64,000 bases of DNA from Octopus vulgaris. Lineage: Eukaryota. The translations under genes and the position numbers were made by a program. The notes beneath the pieces were generated by a model, which was not told the DNA's origin, searched no databases, and was given only the letters and a program-made list of their open reading frames with translations. The stretch is taken from assembly GCA_951406725.2 (NCBI GenBank), contig OX597840.1:5208001-5272000 (forward strand), written 5' to 3'. Positions 54,985 to 64,000 of this stretch are shown here, piece by piece. Within the stretch, counting starts at the first letter, position 1. Every line of letters starts with the position of its first letter.

Positions 54985-56056
54985 ACTCTTTACTCTTTTA
55001 CTTGTTTCAGTCATTTCACTGCGGCCATGCTGGAGTACAGCCTTTAATCGAGCAACTCGACCCCGGGACTTATTCTTTTGTAAGCCCACTACTTATTCTA
55101 TCGGTCTCTTTTGCCAAACCGCTAAGTAACGGGGACATAAACACACCAGCATCGGTTGTCAAGCAATGCCAGGGGACAAACACAGACACACAAACACACA
55201 CACGCATATATATATATACATATAAAAAAGGCGGTGAGCTGGGAGGAACGTTAGCACTCCGGGCGAAATGCTTAGCGGTATTTCGTCTGCCGTTACGTTT
55301 TGAGTTCAAATTCCACCGAGGTCGACTTTGCCTTTCATCCTTTCGGGGTCGATAAATTAAGTACCAGTTACGCACTGGGGTCGATGTAATCGACTTAATA
55401 CCTGTCTGTCCTTGTTTGTCCCCTCTGTGTTTAGCCCCTTGTGGGTAATAAAGAAATAGGTATTTCGTCTGCCGTTACGTTTTGAGTTCAAATTCCGCCG
55501 AGGTCGACTTTGCGTTTCATCCTTTCGTGGTCGATAAATTAAGTACCAGTTACACACTGGGGTCGATGTAATCGACCTAATCCGTTTGTCTGTCCTTGTT
55601 TGTCCTCTCTGTGTTTAGCTCCTTGTGGGTAGTAAAAATATATATATATGTATGTAGTTAATCCAAACAAGAAAGCACAAAAAAACACAACAACGCGAGG
55701 ACATGGAACAAATATAGTATTATTAGACGCTCAGGAAAGAAGGAAAGAAGGAGGGTTTAACGTTTCGAGCGGAGCTCTTCGTCAGAAACATAGGAGAAGG
55801 AAAGATCCAGAGATGGGAAGACAGATGAAAAAAAATTGTCAACGGTACACACGAGGTCACATTTATATATATATATATATATATAAAATATATATGACGG
55901 GCTTCTTTCAGTTTCCGTCTACCAATTCCACTCACAAGGCTTTGGTCGGCCCGTGGCTATAGTAGAAGACACTTGGCCAAGGTGCCACGCAGTGGGACTG
56001 AACCCGGAACCATGTGGTTGGTAGACAAGCTACTTACTACACAGCCACTCCTGCGC
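54985..56056 (-). mobile_element. SINE family A split by nested insertions (3' half 54985-55220, 5' half 55895-56056)
   Basis: Halves are collinear; the interval holds a SINE B dimer (55230-55637, +) and a PLE-like remnant (55655-55860). Confidence 0.8.
55755..55789 (-). ncRNA. Minimal type I hammerhead ribozyme-like fold
   Basis: Reverse complement gttt-CTGACGA-a-gagc-tcc-gctc-GAAA-cg-TT-aaac. Confidence 0.7.
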
Positions 56057-56400
56057 AATGTTGTTTTATTGGCTTAGTTTTCCATGTTTACCCCGGTATC
56101 GCCTTCAAAGTATTCTCCATTTGAAGCAATGCATCGGTGCAGACACGTTTTCCATTGTTCAAAGCAGTCTTGGAATTCTTGCGAATTGATGCCTTTCAAC
56201 GCCTCCGTCGTTTTTTCTCCCCTTCTTCCACATCTGCGAAACGTTTTCCTTTAAGGACTTTTTTCATTTGGCGGGAACAGAAAAAAAATTCGTAGGGAGA
56301 TCGGGTGAATAGGGAGGGTGGGTAAGAAAGGTCATGCCATTTTTGACAAAATCTGACTCTCAAGGCGGTGTGCGCAGGCGCATTGTCATGATGAAGCCCC

Positions 56401-56812
56401 CTCACTTCCCAGAATTGAGGTGGTTTCATGGCAAACAATTCATCAAGGTATCTTTTTACGTCATCCAAGGAATTGAAATTTTTACCATTAAGACTATTCT
56501 GCAGAGACCTGAATAAGTGGAAATCCGAAGGAGAAATATCTGGTGAATATGGAGGGTGGGGTAACACATCCCAGCCAAGCTGCAGCAATTTTTATCTGGT
56601 TCCCAAAGCATCAAGTGCCGAAAATGAACTTTCTCATCTTCCATTTTAAAGGGTTACAGAATTAACACAGGTTATAGGAACATAAACCTTCTTCCACGAA
56701 AAGATAGCTTAAACTGTGCTCTAAACAGAGGTGTAGTCAAATCCTATTTTATGGACTCTAAAATAAGTTGAAAGGTAAGCTACTATAAATCGGCACGAAC
56801 TTTCCGGAGAAG
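56401..56812 (-). mobile_element. Truncated copy of the internally deleted second mariner
   Basis: MEDEKVHFRHLML / LLQLGWDVLPHPPYSPDISPSDFHLFRSLQNSL; one TIR only. Confidence 0.85.
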
Positions 56813-57364
56813 CCCCCCACTTTTTACTTTGCTGCTGGTCGGGGCGTTTTTGTGTCCCCGTGTCTTGCAAACGGTTCAGAAATGCCGAATAAAATGTCTG
56901 GTTAGCAGTTTGACCAGGAGGTACAAATTCTGTGTGAAGAATTCCTTTCGCATCGATGAAATCAATCAGCATCGATTTGACATTGGACTTCACTTGACGT
57001 GCTTTTCTTTTGATTTTTGCTTCTTCTTAATTCATCTATCATATGATGAAATAATAAAAATAAATATAATTTAATAAACCAGAAAATAACAACAACAAAA
57101 ACAAAACAAAATATAACTGATAAAATGATAGTAGATAATCAGAAATATTAAATTTCTAAATCTCTCATAGAGATATGTACGGTGGTGGGGCTATATAATG
57201 GTTGTATACTGTCAATCTAACGTGAACATGACAGTAGGGGGTTACACCACCGCTGTTTAGCCTTAGGAAGCATCGACGCTTCTTGTCGGCTTCGACACAT
57301 TTTTCCTGTGTCCTTATATACATTTACGAAGGGGAGACAAACACCCCCAGCAGCCAGGCCTGTA

Positions 57365-57411
57365 TCTAGAGACACGCATGTTTCAGGATCATTGTCCATC
57401 ATCAGTCTAGA
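57365..57411 (-). ncRNA. Type I hammerhead ribozyme-like fold, GUC site
   Basis: Reverse complement tctaga-CTGATGA-tgga-caatga-tcct-GAAA-ca-tgcg-tg-TC-tctaga. Confidence 0.7.
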
Positions 57412-57738
57412 GTAGCAGACGCCCGCCAGCCGAGAATATCTGTCCCGATTCGCAAATGTATATATCTAATTTTCAGTGAAGTTTATTCACTGAGATCATA
57501 ATTCAACAACCTTATACCTTCATTCTCTTACATGAATTCTATCCTTATGATCCCTCTTTTTTATTAATTCTTCATTCTGAATTTTTCCTTCATTTCTTAA
57601 TTCCTCTCTCATAATCCCAAAACAAATTATTAACATCCAAATTACTTTTAGAAATAATTTAGGAGGTTTTTCACTCATTATTTCATCATTATTTTTAATA
57701 ATTATCAACTTTAACCTCGTAGGTTTAATTCCTTACGT

Positions 57739-57957
57739 CAGTGCTTTTCAAAGTTTTTGCTAGAGCGGAACCCCAAGGAAACATTCCACTGGCTCGGGGA
57801 ATCCCTGTGCAGTAATTTAATAGTCTTATGCACACATATCTGCACAGGAAAATTAAAAATTACTGCCGATTTTAGCAGTTTTGTAACTTCTTGCGGAACC
57901 CCTGGACTGTACTGGCGGAACCCTAAAGTTCCGCGGAACCCTGGTTGAAAACCACTG
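57739..57957 (-). mobile_element. hAT MITE with perfect 8-bp TSD
   Basis: TSD CCTTACGT at 57731-57738 and 57958-57965; 18 bp longer than the 18.4/25.2/25.4 kb copies. Confidence 0.92.
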
Positions 57958-58251
57958 CCTTACGTACTTAGAACTACTAGTCACTTAGCTATATCTTTTT
58001 CCCTCTCTTTCCCCCTATGATTTAGACTAATTGAATACTTCCATTGACTTGACTGCTGCTTCGTTTCTGGGTCATAGCTGTAACATCAGATCAGCTCTCA
58101 TCACTATTGATGATCTTCGAACAAACGTCCGGATCAACTTCTTTCGGTTCACGACACGCATTCAGTCGTGATTGCTTTTGATCTTCCGTGAGCAAGTGAA
58201 GCACAAATTTTGGTGCAATTCTTTTCATTCGCAATTCCTCACTCAAAATTA

Positions 58252-58817
58252 TTGGGTTGTCCGGAAAGTTCGTGCCGATTTTCAAAGGAAAGAAAAAGGT
58301 CAATAAATACTTGCCATTACATTTTTAATCAACCAAATATGAACCATTTTGTTGCTCAATGCCTCTCCATCTTTCCTTTAACCTGAAAATACCCTCTTCC
58401 CAGAATTGAGGTGATTTCATGGCAAACAATTCATCAAGGTATCTTTTTACGTCATCCAAGGAATTGAAATTTTTACCATTAAGACTATTCTGTAGAGACC
58501 TGAATAAGTGGAAATCCGAATGAGCAATATCTGGTGAATATGGAGGGTCGGGTAACACATCCCAGCCAAGCTGCAGCAATTTTTGTCTGGTTCCCAAAGC
58601 ATCAAGTGCCGAAAATGAACTTTCTTATCTTCCATTTTAAAGGGTTACAGAATTAAGACAGGTTATAGGAATATAAACCTTCTTCCGCGAAAAGATAGCT
58701 TAAACTGTGCTCTAAACGGAGGTGTAGTCAAATCCTATTTTATGGACTCAACCATGTTCTAAAATAATTCGAAAGGTAAGCTGCTATAAATCGGCACGAA
58801 CTTTCCGGAGAAGGCAA
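58252..58817 (-). mobile_element. Non-autonomous internally deleted mariner (mellifera-like), complete
   Basis: TA|ttgggttgtccggaaagttcgtgccgattt ... aaatcggcacgaactttccggagaaggcaa|TA; N-terminus MEDKKVHFRHLML joined out of frame to C-terminus TRQKLLQLGWDVLPDPPYSPDIAHSDFHLF. Confidence 0.9.
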
Positions 58818-59273
58818 TAGTTGGTAGGAGCTCCAGGACACACCAGTAATATGAACAAGTTCGTCAATTGTTTGGTGACGGTCCTCCAAGATCAATTCCT
58901 GAATTTTCATCATGTTTTCGTTCGGAAGGTCGACGGTTGGCCTGAATGAGATTGGTCTTCAAGCGACAAGTGTCCATTCCTAAAGAGTGGAAACCACTTG
59001 TAAACTTGTGTATTGTTTATGACAGGGTCGTTGTAAACTGTTTGTGAGTATGACAACTGTTTTAGCCGCTGTTTTCCCCGGCAGTAAACAATTTCACGGA
59101 AGCACGTTGTTCCTTTGTTTTAACCATCGCAAAAATCGATGAATATATGCTTAAAAAATGGATTTACAACTTCAATATCCCTACATATCTCACATCTGTT
59201 TTGTTTCCTCCACCTCACTCTCTATTTTGTATCCTATCTAAATTAACTATTACTTAACCATTTTCTCACACTA

Positions 59274-59319
59274 TCTCCGATGAAGGGATATAATAAATAT
59301 CCTGGAAACAGCTGTAAGA
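59274..59319 (+). ncRNA. Hammerhead-like fold with variant core (CCGATGA)
   Basis: tct-CCGATGA-agggata-taataaa-tatcctg-GAAA-cagctg-TA-aga. Confidence 0.5.
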
Positions 59320-59387
59320 CCTTCTATCTATAAATGTTATAATATCTACACAGCCGCTTGGTTTTTTATCTCATTGCGCATAAAATT

Positions 59388-59465
<78 letters not shown>

Positions 59466-59640
59466 CATTTATGATAGATGTATGCATGCATGTGTGTGTA
59501 CCTATCTATATGTATATATGTACACGTATATATAATGTACCCTATATATATATATATATATGTAGTGAGAGAGCGAGAGGGAAAGAGTGAGAGTGTGTAT
59601 CTATATATATATGTGTGTGTGTTTGTTTGTATGTACGCAC

Positions 59641-59671
<31 letters not shown>

Positions 59672-60271
59672 TGTATGTATGTATGTATGTATGTATGCAT
59701 GCACGCATGCATGTATGTATGTATGTATGTATGTATGTATGTATGTATGTATGTATGTATGTATGCATGTATATTTCCTCTGAGATCTAAGTATTTTACA
59801 GACTTTAAGCCAGTCACTAAAATAAAAATAAGATTTCTATATTTGAATCCAGACTATTCTGGGAATTTATGAATATATAAATTTTTTTTTCCATTTTTTT
59901 CCCCTTTCTGTGCCTTTAAAAAAGTGCAGTATCCATGGCCCCTTATGGGCCCTCAAAAGTAAACGGGATCTATGAGGTCATAAGATCGCTAAACATTCCA
60001 TTTAAACTGTTATGGGTTGACCTCTGCAGAAAAGAAATAAGGAAAGACTTGATTCCATGGGGAAACGTTGTTCTAGGGAGAAGCATTAAATGGTAAGCAT
60101 CGGGTGGGATGGGTGGACTCGGGTGGAATTGGGGGGGGGGGGGGGTTCAACAAAGGTGACGAGACGAGGGAAGAGGGTCGGAGGGCTGTTGGAGGGATGT
60201 GGTTAAATGCGTACATGTAAGTATGTGTAGGTGTGTAGATATGTATACACTCGTGTGTGTAATTGGTGTAG

Positions 60272-60385
60272 ACTACTACTACTGCTGCTGCTACTACTAC
60301 TACAACTACTACTACAACTACTACTACAACTACTACTACAACTACTACTACAACTACTACTACAACTACTACTACTACTACTACA

Positions 60386-60425
<40 letters not shown>

Positions 60426-60600
60426 TTTTACTACCACATCTTCAACACCATTTCTGCCACCAACACCACCACCAACAACAACAACACCACCACCACCACT
60501 ACCACCATTACTACTACTATTACTACTACTACTACTACTACTACTACATGTTTACTACCACACCTTCAACACCACCATTTCTGCCACCACCACCACCACT

Positions 60601-60650
<50 letters not shown>

Positions 60651-60702
60651 ATGTTTACTACCACACCTTCAACACCACCATTTCTGCCACCACTACCACC
60701 AT

Positions 60703-60735
<33 letters not shown>

Positions 60736-60736
60736 C

Positions 60737-60834
<98 letters not shown>

Positions 60835-61005
60835 AGGTGATTGGATTGCTATTATGGTAGCACATTTAATTAATATTTCAAGGAGACAGTCACCGCCACC
60901 GCCGCCTCCACCATCACCACCTCCACCACCACCGCCTCCACCACCGCCTCCACCGCCGCCTCCGCCTTCTGCATTATCGCCGATGACAACAGCAACAACA
61001 ACGAA
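60272..61005. repeat. (ACT/ACC)n tract with three copies of tactaccacaccttcaacaccaccatttctgccacc
   Basis: Unit at ~60430, ~60553 and ~60656. Confidence 0.85.
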
Positions 61006-61126
61006 GACAGCATTGGTGTCATTCTGGTTTTAATGATGTAGATTTGAGCTTTGAAGTACATTTTCAAATATCATTGCTTTCTTTGTCCTTCTGTGAGTCT
61101 ATCTACATGTGTGGGTGGGTGTGTGT

Positions 61127-61129
<3 letters not shown>

Positions 61130-61172
<43 letters not shown>

Positions 61173-61220
61173 ACATATATCTGTTTATATATATATATAT
61201 ATAAATATATATATAAAAAC

Positions 61221-61256
<36 letters not shown>

Positions 61257-61438
61257 CACACATATATGTGTGTATGTATACATATACAGCCATATGTATA
61301 TGTGTATATATATATATATTTGTATATATTAATATATATATTTATGTATATATATATATATAAATATTTGTATATATTTATGTATATATATACATATGTA
61401 TAGGCATTATGTATGAATGTGTATATATATGCATATAA

Positions 61439-61471
<33 letters not shown>

Positions 61472-61555
61472 TTGTATATATTTATGTATATATCTATATC
61501 TATATATATATGTATAGGCATTATGTATGAATGTGTATATATATATGCATATATA

Positions 61556-61601
<46 letters not shown>

Positions 61602-61640
61602 TATATATATATACACTGAAATATATACATATATATATCC

Positions 61641-61691
<51 letters not shown>

Positions 61692-61741
61692 CATATTTGT
61701 ATATAGTTATGTATATATCTATATATACATGTATAGGGCAT

Positions 61742-61805
<64 letters not shown>
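61130..61805. repeat. (AG)/(AT)/(CA) compound microsatellite
   Basis: Direct inspection. Confidence 0.9.
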
Positions 61806-61808
<3 letters not shown>

Positions 61809-61999
61809 ATGCATCAACATACAGATGAGCTTCTCCAGGTACACACTCGTGTGCGTGTGTATGTAAGCACTTTCTGTGTATATTCCGCTTCATTCATGCA
61901 TGTATTTAAATGTCTATATAAACAAAAGCACAGAAATAGACTCACATGTCAATGCACACATATTTCTAAAGTTTAAATATACATACCTGATAGTAGATG

Positions 62000-62960
<961 letters not shown>

Positions 62961-63442
62961 GTCTTTTATTAACCACAAGGACTTGAAGAGATAAAAAAAA
63001 ATCTGAAACTTCAACAGAGGCTTACAAGACTAAAAAAAAACAATACGAATAAATAAAAAAAGCCGAAAAAAGGTAAAAGAAATACAAATAAATAAAAAGC
63101 TGAAAGGAAAACATGGAGTGTTTAAGTCACGTTTACAAATACGAAACAGGTTTGGAGAGAGTGTGACGTCATACAGTACATGAATAGATTTTAAAAGTAC
63201 ATATATTCTCAAGGAAATAAGTGAAAAAAATTGCAATTAAAGCACAATAATTAAAGGGAAGTATAATTAACAGGAAATAAAGCCTGAAAGATTACTGGAA
63301 AAATTAGTTTTGGACACTTCTCAATCTTATCTCGTTAAACATTTCTGGAATTGTGTGTGCAAGTGCAACCCAATGCACCAGTAAGCCTTTTTTTCATGAC
63401 ATTTTGTGACGAAAATCTTCATCTTTGGGGTATGATGTGGAC

Positions 63443-63485
63443 ACTTCTGATGAAAAACCAATAAGGTTTGAAAGTCGATTAAGGT
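63443..63485 (+). ncRNA. Possible minimal hammerhead fold
   Basis: actt-CTGATGA-a-aaacc-aataa-ggttt-GAAA-gtcgat-TA-aggt (G-U pairs in stems I and III). Confidence 0.45.
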
Positions 63486-63597
63486 TATGGGATGAAACAG
63501 ATGGGAATGGTTGCTTGGATGCTGATAATGTGGCACAATTGGCTAAACATTGAACCTGTTATTATAAAAGTAACATTTGGGAATTGATGGTGTATAT

Positions 63598-63890
63598 CAT
63601 CATCATCATCATCATCATCATTTAGCGTCCACTTTCCATGCTAGCATGGGTTGGACGGTTCAACTGGGGTCTGTGAAGCTGGAAGGCTGCACCAGGCTCA
63701 GTCTGATCTGGCAGTGTTTCTACGGCTGGATGCCCTTCCTAACGCCAACCACTCCGTGAGTGTAGTGGGTGCTTTTTACGTGTCACCGGCATGGGGGCCA
63801 GGCAAGGCTGGCAATGGCCACGATCGGATGGTGCTTTTTACGTGCCACCGGCATGGGGGCCAGGCAAGGCTGGCACCAGGCAAGGCTAGC
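63598..63890 (-). mobile_element. Retroposon family E
   Basis: Homologous to 5702-6035 with (cat)n tail and ~61-bp internal repeat. Confidence 0.78.
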
Positions 63891-63926
63891 TCGTAGAAAT
63901 ATAAACATAGAGATAAAGCGAGAGAG

Positions 63927-63972
<46 letters not shown>

Positions 63973-64000
63973 AGTACATATAATTTATTAATTGTGAATG

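Larger units (their letters stand above)
56060..59127 (-). mobile_element. Fragmented host mariner transposase pseudogene in four collinear pieces
   Basis: MVKTKEQRASVK(59127)..QVYKWF..SLEDQSHSGQPST; MKRIAPKFVLHLLTEDQKQSRL..SDES..YDPETKQQSSQW; SNVKSMLIDFIDAKGILHTEFVPPGQT; W.LHHDNAPAHTALRV..MKKVLKGKRFADVEE. Confidence 0.85.

Noticed and set aside
60100-60200. G-quadruplex or promoter element
   Set aside because: G-runs exist but nothing indicates function, and the homopolymer length is unreliable.
63290-63560. MULE transposase fragment on the minus strand (YPKDEDFRHK..IPEMFNEIR)
   Set aside because: Resemblance is faint, needs several frameshifts and overlaps a possible plus-strand hammerhead; not supportable without a search.

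Overview
AT-rich, repeat-saturated eukaryotic DNA. The SINE families and the (AT)n/(CA)n/(TACA)n/(AAT)n/(ATCT)n tracts look like an octopus (coleoid cephalopod) genome; this is an inference. No prokaryotic genes, rRNA or CRISPR. Most ORFs in the track are microsatellite read-throughs. Recognisable content: several tRNA-headed SINE families, decayed CR1-like and R4/Dong-like LINE pieces, Penelope-like (PLE) remnants, nested mariners, a Chapaev3-like transposase pseudogene, hAT MITEs, non-autonomous Helitrons, a ~7.1 kb 24-bp minisatellite, and 2-4 candidate spliced exons of a + strand host gene (4.6-21.5 kb). The most notable hidden signal is about 12 type-I hammerhead ribozyme folds from several unrelated sequence families. 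One sits inside a tRNA-promoter SINE and two face each other in a 448-bp near-perfect foldback. All calls were made by eye; boundaries are approximate unless TSDs or TIRs are quoted.
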